A stretch of DNA of 62,730 bases, counting the filler, from Aduncisulcus paluster (Eukaryota): the NCBI GenBank assembly GCA_024181965.1. It is 9 parts of 9 records of this genome, joined end to end, with 100 filler letters (N's around TTAATTAATTAA, not from the genome) between each part and the next. Parts side by side here need not be neighbours in the genome. Positions count along the whole stretch, not along the records: positions 1 to 15,017 come from BQXS01011303.1; 8 more parts are not named here. One strand, written 5' to 3'. Position 1 is the first letter of the stretch. Each line of letters begins with the position of its first letter. Below, piece after piece: positions 1-9,726 of this stretch. Both the position numbers and the translations under genes were made by a program. The notes under the pieces were generated by a model. The model did no database searches, was not told where the DNA came from, and was given only the letters and a program-made list of their open reading frames with translations.

Positions 1-2179
1 CTTGCTTTAACCAATCGTACAAAATACAATCGTTTTTCGCCACTAAGTCCTGAAAATCTTTTCTCTCTCTTTCGATTTTGGATTGTCTTTCAATTGATGC
101 ATGATCATCTGAACTTTCATCTTCAATCTCATCAAGCATGCTTGCGAGACCACCACGAGGAGGTTTGGACCCCTTTTGAGCTATTTTTGGACTCTGAGAA
201 GGTTGTTGTTGAGAAACTTGTTGTTGAGAAGTTGAATATCCTTGCTCGAGATCATCACAAACAGCCTCCTTTCTCTCTTCCTTTTTGAATGAAGATATGG
301 ACGGAATAGAAAGCTTTGGATCGGAAGAAAGACTCTCTCCTTGAGCTAATGTTGAAGTAGAGTGAGATGAAGAGATTGTTTTTTTCTTGAACATTTTATA
401 CCCATTCCAAAGACCTTCTCGATTGATCCATTGCATGTGCATGGGATAGAATACTTGGCATAAGGGATCGAGTCTGAGTTGGTTGGCGTATCTTGGGTAT
501 CTCAAGAGGTTGATGTGACGTTTTCTCTTTCGAATAACACCCTCAGAACTAATATCATACGCGGCTTTTAGTCTCGCAGTGGTATCGGAATAATAAAATC
601 CCAAAGGATCATCCTCTTCCAAAATCAGTTCATCCTCACTCAGCTCAGAGCCAAGAGATCTGCGACACGACCGTGGACTTGAGTCATCAATGAGTCGATA
701 AAATTCATCGTAAAATGGTCCTACACTTGGCATCATACATGGGACATTGAATACACACCGAGAAACCTTTCCGCCAGGTCGTCCAAAGTCAAGACCACTC
801 ACGTAAGGAAGAATCCTTCGAATCTGACTGCTATCTTCATGTAACATTTCAATCACAGCCGTTGCTGCATCACGCTTATCTCTGAATTCAATAAATGTAC
901 TTCGACTCCCCTTTTTCCTTCCAGTTTCTCGTATTCCAAGAATAGAATACTTACTCATAAGCATGGTAACAAGAGATCGATCAAGAGAAGTCGAAACGTT
1001 GAAAAGGACAATACGACCACTGTTTGAAAGAGAAAATCCATCTCGACAGCTTGAAGTTTGTTTTCTAAAAATAACTCGACCAGAATCGGTGCATGGAACA
1101 ATTCCACTGGAAGATTCGAGAGGGAAATGAGCAGTGTTGGCCTTCGATGAATCAAGAGCGGGTGTAGGAATACAATAATAAACTTGTGGCTCTGAAGAAG
1201 CAATAGGAACCAGTGAAATTCTTTTCTTCGTATCAGGAAAGATCGAAGAGTCAGAAGCCGACAAACTACGCTGCAGAGAGGGAACATCAGGAAAGCGAAG
1301 ACATCCATTATTAAAATGACAATAGAGCCAGAAATATGCTGTCTGTGCCACGCTAACATCATTAAAACATATAATCAAGATATCGTCGGCAATAAAATTA
1401 GTTATTAGATGAGAAATAGCATAAGGAGGCAGTCCTGCACCACCACATTTACAGCAAACGAAGGAAGAAGGAGAAACAAAGGGATTATTATTCTCAGATT
1501 GGTATTTTATCGTACATTCTCCAATCGGAAGAGAAGGTAATGGGAAAGAAGGCATTTCGGAACATAAATCAGCAGGAAAGAAAGAATCGGAGCCCTTTCC
1601 AGTAAAATACCGCTGATAACGAAGTTGATCATCAGCACAGAAAAGATTAGAGGGAAATATAGGAGATAAAGCTGAACATCTGTTAAATAGAGTAGATCGT
1701 CTCCCATGGAGAATTCGAAGCAATTCACGGGGAGATAGAACCTTTGAAAGCCCAGGAAAAGAAATCAAAATACTATGAGATTCTCTTTCGTTAAGAGTTA
1801 AGATTGTTGTGGGCAATAAAGGGTATGAACAAGGAGTTGGAAAGGTAGGATGTTTAGTATACGTCGTATAAACATCTTTATCAAATTGTTTAGGTTGTTG
1901 TGGACGTTTTTGGAGCCGTTCATGTTGCCCATGAAGACCAGAAGAATAAACTTGTCGAGAACTAGAGTGTTCTGATGATTGAATATGAATGTGTCCAGTT
2001 TCAACTGGATGAGGATATTGAATAGGATAAATTGGCGTTCTGCTTGTTATTGCTGGAACAGAAAATCCACTTTGTGATGGAAATTGTGAAGAATGAGAAT
2101 GTGAAGGATATCTCGGATTTGTCGGAACAGAATACCCATTCATTTGGGAATAATAATATCCCTGTCGATCAAAAGACAT
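1..2179 (-). CDS. Mei2-like RRM RNA-binding protein, 3'-partial (>726 aa; absent from the ORF track because it runs off the window edge)
   Basis: ATG at 2179 (MSFDRQGYYYSQ...); the frame is still open at position 1. Contains NSGRIVLFNVSTSLDRSLVTMLMSKYSILGIRETGRKKGSRSTFIEFRDKRDAATAV, matching the Mei2-family RRM2 pattern (NQGTLVVFN...IRETP...KFIEFYDVRAA). A degenerate RRM1-like segment (DILIICFNDVSVAQTA) lies upstream. Confidence 0.7.
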   Translation of the reverse strand, partial: MSFDRQGYYYSQMNGYSVPTNPRYPSHSHSSQFPSQSGFSVPAITSRTPIYPIQYPHPVETGHIHIQSSEHSSSRQVYSSGLHGQHERLQKRPQQPKQFDKDVYTTYTKHPTFPTPCSYPLLPTTILTLNERESHSILISFPGLSKVLSPRELLRILHGRRSTLFNRCSALSPIFPSNLFCADDQLRYQRYFTGKGSDSFFPADLCSEMPSFPLPSLPIGECTIKYQSENNNPFVSPSSFVCCKCGGAGLPPYAISHLITNFIADDILIICFNDVSVAQTAYFWLYCHFNNGCLRFPDVPSLQRSLSASDSSIFPDTKKRISLVPIASSEPQVYYCIPTPALDSSKANTAHFPLESSSGIVPCTDSGRVIFRKQTSSCRDGFSLSNSGRIVLFNVSTSLDRSLVTMLMSKYSILGIRETGRKKGSRSTFIEFRDKRDAATAVIEMLHEDSSQIRRILPYVSGLDFGRPGGKVSRCVFNVPCMMPSVGPFYDEFYRLIDDSSPRSCRRSLGSELSEDELILEEDDPLGFYYSDTTARLKAAYDISSEGVIRKRKRHINLLRYPRYANQLRLDPLCQVFYPMHMQWINREGLWNGYKMFKKKTISSSHSTSTLAQGESLSSDPKLSIPSISSFKKEERKEAVCDDLEQGYSTSQQQVSQQQPSQSPKIAQKGSKPPRGGLASMLDEIEDESSDDHASIERQSKIERERKDFQDLVAKNDCILYDWLKQ

Positions 2180-2567
2180 GGAACAAGTGCAGAATTACAC
2201 AAATTAATCCAATTCTCTCGATATAGAGCAAAACGATTTCGATTTTTTGTTTGAAGCCATGGCCACAATACCTGGCCAAAATGAGAATTTCATCTAATAA
2301 ATATAATTAAACAACAATTTTAATAAATAATATTAAAATGTAATTTCAAAATAATATCATTTACATCCCAAGATGTAATATCGTTTTCACGAGAGAATCA
2401 GAGGAAGTATTAATTTTATTTAATCATTTACATCAGCTATACAATATAGTGTCTTCATTAGTATTGATAGAATGTCAGAACTAAAAAGGAACAGTAGAAT
2501 ACTATCAGCATTCCCTAATTCCTTCTAAACTTTCTGAAATAATGTTGAACATTATAGGAATAGAATT

Positions 2568-3989
2568 TCATACAATGGTAACTTTTGTTCTTTCTTGTTG
2601 AACTCTCTTCATGGTCACACCAAGAGCCTTTGTGGCAAGTCCCTTAGCTTCCAATTCCCTCCGAGTTGATTCCAACATAGCAGCCGCATGGTCTTCAACC
2701 TCTTTATCGCGTCTCTCCCTTTCCTTAATATATTTATCCTCTTCTTCATATTCTTTCCGAATCTGATCCTCTTTCTCTTTCATTTGATCATGCAATTTGG
2801 TTACAACACTACGAGCATACTGTGACTTCTTATATTTATGTTGTCTTTCTTGTTCGGTCATTGATTGAACCCTGTCACGAACTTCCGAAGCATATGTACG
2901 CTCAGCAGCAATCCTAGCAATCTCACGAGCAGTCTTCTCTTTTTCCTGCAGTTTCCGATGTTGTTTGATTTCTTCAATAATCTGTTTTTGTTTGAGAACC
3001 TTCCGCTCTTCCTCTTTTGCTCTTTCTTCCTCCATTCTTCTTGTTTCTGACAGCTCTTTCTTTTCCCTCAATTTCTTTTCTTTCTCAAGGGCCTGGAACG
3101 CCATATCAAATGCTTTTCGATTAAAGGCGGCCTTTTCCTCTTGTTTTCGGATACGTTGCTGCTTTCTTTCCTCCGTAATGCGATCTTGTTCGATCTGTTC
3201 ACGCATACATCTCGCTTCTTCTTCTTTTTCCCGTAATTTCTCCTTTTCTTTATCTTGGACCTGACGTCTGAGAGTTTCGACATTTTCTCTGGCGTATTTC
3301 CATTGCCTTTCTTTCTCTTGACGATCCCTTTCCTGTTGAACAGCCATATCAGCAGCAAGGGCTTCACGAACAGCGAGGGCTTCAAGCTCCTTTTGCTGCT
3401 GTTCGTATATTTTTTGAGCTCTAACAGAAGCGATTTGACGTTTTTGGGTCAGGAGAAATTTAGAAGCTATCTCTCGTTTCCTCTTCTTTTCATCCAATTC
3501 TTCTTGTCGAAATTGTGAAAGTAAATCATCTTCCTCCTCCTTTTCCCGACGTTTAGTTTCTAAAAAGCGTATGGTTGATCTTTTCTTCTCTTCACCAATA
3601 TCAATACGATGTTGATCTATCTGAGCTGTTTCAATAGCAACCCTCATCCTTCTAATTCTATCGTCTGCATCTTTTTGCATTCTACGTGTTTTTTTTACAG
3701 TTTCATCATGTTCTTGACGGCGGATAGTCTTCATTTCTTCAACAATTTGATTTTGAGCATCCAATTTCTTCTGTTTTTCCAATTTCCTTTGTTCAAGACG
3801 CTTTTGTTTCATTTTAGTGATTGTAGAATCCCATTTTTGTGTTCTTCTTTCGGATGCAAGGTGTCTTTGTCTCATAAGTGTCGCGATAGAATCTTTCGTC
3901 TGATGTCTGTTTACATCCCCATCTGCAGCGAGAGACTGGATCCGAGCAAAATCATGCGATGATATTGTTATTGCTTTTGACGACTTCAT
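2568..3989 (-). CDS. Trichohyalin-plectin-homology coiled-coil ciliary protein, CFAP210/CCDC173-like
   Basis: First ATG at 3989. E/K/R-rich coiled coil with SERRTQKWDSTI..KRLE and DRIRRMRVAI motifs reminiscent of CFAP210. Confidence 0.6.
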   Translation of the reverse strand: MKSSKAITISSHDFARIQSLAADGDVNRHQTKDSIATLMRQRHLASERRTQKWDSTITKMKQKRLEQRKLEKQKKLDAQNQIVEEMKTIRRQEHDETVKKTRRMQKDADDRIRRMRVAIETAQIDQHRIDIGEEKKRSTIRFLETKRREKEEEDDLLSQFRQEELDEKKRKREIASKFLLTQKRQIASVRAQKIYEQQQKELEALAVREALAADMAVQQERDRQEKERQWKYARENVETLRRQVQDKEKEKLREKEEEARCMREQIEQDRITEERKQQRIRKQEEKAAFNRKAFDMAFQALEKEKKLREKKELSETRRMEEERAKEEERKVLKQKQIIEEIKQHRKLQEKEKTAREIARIAAERTYASEVRDRVQSMTEQERQHKYKKSQYARSVVTKLHDQMKEKEDQIRKEYEEEDKYIKERERRDKEVEDHAAAMLESTRRELEAKGLATKALGVTMKRVQQERTKVTIV

Positions 3990-4333
3990 ATTGTTTCCTT
4001 CAAGAAGTGTTCGAAAAAGCGATTTCGCGAATGCAGACACAAATAAATACAATTATCACAAAATTTTCCACATAAACAAGAAATTTTGTAGGATTAAATT
4101 TAAAAAATATTAAAAATTCTATTGATTATTTACAATTTCAACGTCACGACAGTCGTATACAAATCTCAACAATTGTGTGAGTTTATTTTAATAATTTTAA
4201 AATCTTAATACCACTCTATTTATATCAGGAAAACTAATGCTTTAAATTGGAAATATTGTTCAACAAGACAAGCTGTCTTCCAGAGATATTCCCAAATCGA
4301 GCATTGAACAATCCCCACGGGGAATTTGGCAAA

Positions 4334-5329
4334 TTATGCATTATAATATCCATCTGGGGTCATCTTAAAATCTTTAAGAATCTTTCTTCCGTAGAATTCA
4401 TCATCATAAAGGATATTGTCAAAGAATTGAATGGTAATATTTCTGGCTTCAGCCTTTTCGGCATCTGTGGGATCAGTTCCAACCTGAACTTCCTCCAAAA
4501 AGTAATCATAAACTTTCTTGATAAAATCTTTGTTTCTATTTGCAATAGATACCTGTTGGTTGCTCTGAGCCTGAGATATTTCATCAGCAAATGTAGCCTT
4601 TGCAGCTGATATTTTTTCATTCACAGCTTTGTCTCCTTCGGATTGACTGGCTGCGATTTCTCCATCTTTTGCACTAATTTGTCCCTCAATATTTGATATC
4701 TCACTCCTTTTCCCAGTAGTTGCATTTTCAATGATTTTTGTTTCTAAAGAATCCTTAAATGTTAGGTTTGTTACATACGTATCGATATAGGTGCAAAATA
4801 AATCAGTTTCACAAGCCTCAGCCAGTTTTGTGTTGAAGGTGTCGCGAACATCCTCACGATTTGTATAAAAGTATGAATAGCTTGAAAATCCACTTGAAAC
4901 TTCAGTTATAATACCTTTGAATTGTTGACGTACGGTTGTTTCATACTTTTCCCAAGTTTTAAATTTGTTGTAAAAAGCTTCAATATCCTCAGCAACAACG
5001 GAAAAACGATATGTCACATCAATAAGAGTCTTAGAATCCTCTCCCGGATAAGTGACAATATCCGATTCATCAAGATAGATATCATAAGTGGGGAAAGAAA
5101 CAATTTTTCGCATAAAACGGAAATGCTTTCCTGGAGGTTGTATATCCTTAACTTTTTTAGAGATTCTACCAAGAACAACTCCAGTATACCCGGGATAAAC
5201 AGGCTTCATAAACATAAGCCAAAACAGAGCACCAAGTATAATAATAAGAGCTGCAACACCTACTATGGCAAATTCACAACAATACAATTTACAATCTGGG
5301 CAACAACATCGAATTGATCCTAGACACAT
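4334..5329 (-). CDS. SPFH/Band-7 (prohibitin-like) membrane protein
   Basis: Cys cluster and TM helix, then VYPGYTGVV...PGKHF and IDVTYRF motifs and a C-terminal coiled coil. Start codon uncertain (ATGs at 5389, 5359, 5329). Confidence 0.7.
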   Translation of the reverse strand: MCLGSIRCCCPDCKLYCCEFAIVGVAALIIILGALFWLMFMKPVYPGYTGVVLGRISKKVKDIQPPGKHFRFMRKIVSFPTYDIYLDESDIVTYPGEDSKTLIDVTYRFSVVAEDIEAFYNKFKTWEKYETTVRQQFKGIITEVSSGFSSYSYFYTNREDVRDTFNTKLAEACETDLFCTYIDTYVTNLTFKDSLETKIIENATTGKRSEISNIEGQISAKDGEIAASQSEGDKAVNEKISAAKATFADEISQAQSNQQVSIANRNKDFIKKVYDYFLEEVQVGTDPTDAEKAEARNITIQFFDNILYDDEFYGRKILKDFKMTPDGYYNA

Positions 5330-5621
5330 ATTTATAAGCAGACAAATCCAATTTTTCATTCTCAAACTTCTGATTATGCTTATATTCATAAATCCATTAT
5401 ATAATATCAAACCTTATTAATATTTTAAATCACCTTTTAATTTATTTGTGGTTAAATCATTGTCTACGAGGTGAGAAAGGTTGGGTATTTCTTCATAAGA
5501 AGAATTTTTCAAAACAATAATAATATGCATACATTTTATATTTATAGATAATAAATTGATATATTTGTTATAATACTCGTTTCTAACGGAACATACAAAA
5601 AACGCTCTTCAAAGCCTATTA

Positions 5622-7594
5622 TTATACAGAATCAAAACATTTTGACACTCGAATCACCTTTTTCACGCATCCTTTAGCATCTTTATCACTTTTCATACAA
5701 CAACTCCACGCAGATTCACCCATAGCACCGATAAAGGCAAAACATCCTGGATGCTCCCACATCACTGCTTTTGGTGCATATAACTTTGTAGTCGATACAT
5801 GGGGGGTAATTCTTAGCTTTCTAAGGGGTTCTTGCGTCTCCGAACGCCATAATTTTATCGGAGTAGGTTCAAACTTCTTTTTCTTCACCTTTTTGACGGT
5901 AGATTTGACCAATTGTTTTGTCGAATTCCCAAATTCATCCTCAACGCTGACCTCTTCTTCGATTTCCTCTTCAANNNNNNNNNNNNNNNNNNNNCATATA
6001 ACTTTGTAGTCGATACATGGGGGGTAATTCTTAGCTTTCTAAGGGGTTCTTGCGTCTCCGAACGCCATAATTTTATCGGAGTAGGTTCAAACTTCTTTTT
6101 CTTCACCTTTTTGACGGTAGATTTGACCAATTGTTTTGTCGAATTCCCAAATTCATCCTCAACGCTGACCTCTTCTTCGATTTCCTCTTCAACATATTCT
6201 ATTTTGCTCTTCTTCTCTTCTTCTTCTATGGTTTTTTGCTCACGCAAATTCTTATATCTCATTCCTTTAGGAAGAGGAAGCGATGAATCGCCATCTTCTT
6301 CCGCAGCCATAACCTCTTCTGAGTGGAACACACCACCGCACCACGTGGGAAGTCCTTTTTCAGCTGCTATTTTCGTGGGATTGCCAGCCAGGGCCTGAAG
6401 CATACTGTGGTAAGCATCGGCGGTTTCACGGCCATCCCCGGACGCCAGGGCAGCAGCGGCTGCTGCTCCACTTGTCACCACGTGTGAGGTGACTGTCCGT
6501 TTCAACACATCATCTCGAATACCACTCACAGATGGAATATTGGCATTAAGTTCGTACACACGTCTTACGAGATCCTGACCACGTGTACCCAATCTTCTTC
6601 TACTCCTATGAGTGACATCGCCCTGGGGAGGAGACATTGCAGTGTCGTCCATAGCATCTTCATCTTTCTTAATAACGTCTGATGAATGCTTGGAGAGAGA
6701 AGATCCAACAATGGCTCCACTTGATCGGAATGATTGTGGGACTGTCGCTTCAGTGGTAGTTGAGGTTGGTTGCATTGAGGATGACTGACTTGAAGCGTCT
6801 TCGCCTTCACTATCTCTCCTATATTTTCTCTCTTCATCAATGGCTTGGGCCCAGGCTGCACTCTTTCGAGTTCCAACACCTCGTTTCCCACCAATTTTTC
6901 CACTGGTACCCTGATAAAATCCATTTTTTTCTTGGGCAGAAGATGCATAATATTTCGTCCAATTTGAATGCTTCAATAACTCCTCTGTTTCTCTCTCATC
7001 TTCATATTGACGATCAACCGGAGCGGTAACACGAAGCCCTTGAGCCTTTAACATCCGGTCATAGGCTTCATTTTCTAATTCTTTCGACAAAATACGGACA
7101 GTTTCACGCTCACGTTTCCTAGCTACCCGGAGAGCTTCTCTTTCATGAGGTGGAATGTACCCCTCTTGTAAAAGCTTTTTGAATATTTTTTTGGTCGATT
7201 CCTGTGCTTTTTTCGTTGATTCAGCAATAATTGCACCACGATCGAGTTTTTCAACAGAAGCATCCCAAATTGGCTTCGATTCAATTCCAACAAAATTCTC
7301 TGGTGGCTGTTGATCAATTCTTTCACGATAAGGGCGCGAAGCAAGTGTAGAATTTTGTCTTACAGACTCTTCCAAGTCAACATGGAATTTCGTTTTGGAT
7401 TTTGAAATAAATATGTCCTTAGGACGTTCTAAATACTCTGCTCGAAGATTTGGAATTGGTGTTATTGGTTGATATGCTGAAATTGACCGAGAAACAGCAA
7501 ATTTCTTCTGACGAATTCCTGAATCTGATTGGGTATGGTATACAAACTCTGGTTTTGTTGTAGATAAACTTTTTTTGAAAATATTTTTCTTCAT
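5622..7594 (-). CDS. Hypothetical protein with a C-terminal Btk-type zinc-finger motif
   Basis: ORFs 5885-7663 and 5622-5912 become one gene once the ~200-bp overlap duplication around the 20-N gap (5975-5994) is collapsed. C-terminus is HPG-x12-WSCC-x8-GC. Confidence 0.65.
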
Positions 7595-7874
7595 TTTATA
7601 TAATATATTATTCTTTTCAACAAAAAAAAAATGAAATCGAAAAAAATAAAAAAGGGGAGTCATTGAACCATCTCGAATCGTTTATTCACTTTTAAGATAC
7701 ATTTTCTTCACATAATTTTATGTCATGCAATTTCAAACTTCCCACTAAGCCAAAAATTCAATTTTTTTTGAAAAAGTCAACAAAATGGGGGTAGCGACTT
7801 GAATGGACAAATATTTCTATAACTACACAAAACAAACACAACAGAACATATAATTCATGGATGACCAAGAACTA

Positions 7875-8518
7875 TCATAATTGATGATCAGACGGAACCA
7901 TCACAGATACTTCTCCTCGCTTTAGAGATGAAGAAATTTTTTGTCCATGCTCATTCATTAAGATGGGAATAATAGCATATGTTAAATCAGGAAAAAATTT
8001 CTTCTTTCGTTCAGAATCGATAAAGCCGATGGCAGAAGCAGTTTCTTCAGATGCAATAAGACAATCAATCTCAGGGTCAGTAACTAGAGATCCAGTTCGA
8101 TCATATAAAGGCGTAGGAATAATTTTTATCGGTTTTGATTCTGATACAGCATGAAGATAGGATTTTGCTGAGAAAATTCGCTTTTCAATTGGTTGGATGA
8201 GTTTTTTATGTTCCTTTTTGGACAACAAAGATCCTGAAGCAATCCCAACAACAATGGAACCATCATCTTTGGTTAAATGAACTGCCGCTGAAAGCAGAGC
8301 TCGATGACCATCATGCAAGCGGTCAAATGTTCCACCAAGAGCAACCTTATTAAATTTAGGACCATGATACACATCTTTGATTTCTTGATTTTACAGAGAG
8401 GGTGAATAAATTACAAATATCGAATGGGGGGGAATAAAACCCACATACCATGTATTGAGTATCCATTGTGTGGAATATGAGGTAGAGGTAAACGAATTAA
8501 AGTAATTTTTTCCGCCAT
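7875..8518 (-). CDS. Phosphopantetheine adenylyltransferase (eukaryotic/archaeal CoaD type), two exons
   Basis: GGTFDRLHDGH, ASEET and KISSS motifs. Exon 2 has no in-frame ATG ahead of the catalytic motif. Exon 1 is 8518-8449 (MAEKITLIRLP...), with a GTATGT intron from 8448 to an AG at 8384 or 8375 (both restore frame). Confidence 0.85.
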
Positions 8519-8799
8519 GATGTTTGATATCATTACCAAACTTTGGTCGTTGACTCAACTCGTTCGGAACGATGATTGAACTTCTAATCTCGGTTATTGA
8601 CAATACTGTAAATATTGTTTCATTATACAATCACTCCCCATTAACTAATTCTGCAATTTTACCATATTTATGTCATATTCTCTAACCTAAAAATAGAACC
8701 CCATCAAGATAATAATTTCAGTTCTTTTTTTTTTGCAAACAATAGCACAACCATGTTGTGCAAAAAAACTCAATGAAGATAAAAATACTTTATAAGAGC

Positions 8800-9685
8800 T
8801 TTATCGCTGACGTCTGGCTCCTTCTTTGAAGGAATTGTGTGAAGAGAGACGTACCACTCAGCTGAGAGTTTCAGTTCTTAAATTAAGGTTGTATTATGAA
8901 ATTAGAGTTGACTGTATTTCGAATGAATTTCAAAATATTTGTCAATCTAATTAATTCGATCTAATTCTCTGAAAAATTCCTGTCTGCCAGACTCAGTGAG
9001 TCCGATTAACAGTTGAGTCAACTGTAATAAGCCTAATGGTGTCACAATTCGCAGAGTTTTAATCCGAAAAAGCTTTCATCGAGTGAGACGCTGCATTATT
9101 TCTGCTTTCACAGAAAATACATTGTCTGGGCATTAATAATGCCGCATTATGGGCTAAGCCTATTTTCCATTACATGTTGAAAGGTGTGCAAATATTTGCT
9201 TGAATTGATGTTCAATATTATTTATATCTTTATAGAAAACCAGTGAATTTCACTGAGTGAATGATTATCACCCCTTGATATTCTTATAAACAGAAGTTAA
9301 ACAGGCTTGTTCCGAATGAACAGAAGTTTCAGCCACCATTACCTTCATGTGTATTGATGGGTGGTATGGGAAAGAGTGTACGATTACCCCGAACGTCACT
9401 CTTGGCTCTATTAACATGCTGCGTTGAAACCTTCCATTTGTTCTTCCTGGGTTTTTATTAATTTTTATTAAGCCATCAATGATGGCCCATCATAGTTGTA
9501 GAATTTATTCTACAACTATACTCGGATATGAAGCTTGGGAACGTAAACTTGTTGAAAGTCGAATCAGAAAACCCAGGCACTCACTCCACTGATATCGAAT
9601 CTCTCTTTCACAAGGTGAAAACATATGAGAACCTCGCATATAAGCCTGTTGTTGGTGATGAAATTCCGACATTTCAGCGAGTAAT
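8800..9685 (+). ncRNA. Candidate large structured non-coding RNA (or single-strand-folding DNA element) of unknown class
   Basis: No credible ORF. Ends pair (TCGCTGA 8804-8810 / TCAGCGA 9674-9680). Nested long-range stems 9300-9308/9642-9650 and 9446-9455/9568-9577, plus more than a dozen local hairpins. G-T wobbles mostly favour the + strand. Confidence 0.6.
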
Positions 9686-9726
9686 CCTTGGCCAAGATGT
9701 AATTATTTCGTTATATTATAAATTTG

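Noticed and set aside
955-2226. Short ORF-track calls 955-1362, 1507-1728, 1798-2004 and 2032-2226
   Set aside because: Shadow frames of the long Mei2-like ORF.
8965-9310. RNase P/MRP RNA (GAAAAATTCCTGT as CR-I, AGTTAAACAGGCTTG as CR-V)
   Set aside because: P4 would be mismatched, the CR-V-like strand has a better 9-bp partner at 9642-9650, and no P1 closes that unit. Not fully excluded without a covariance-model search.
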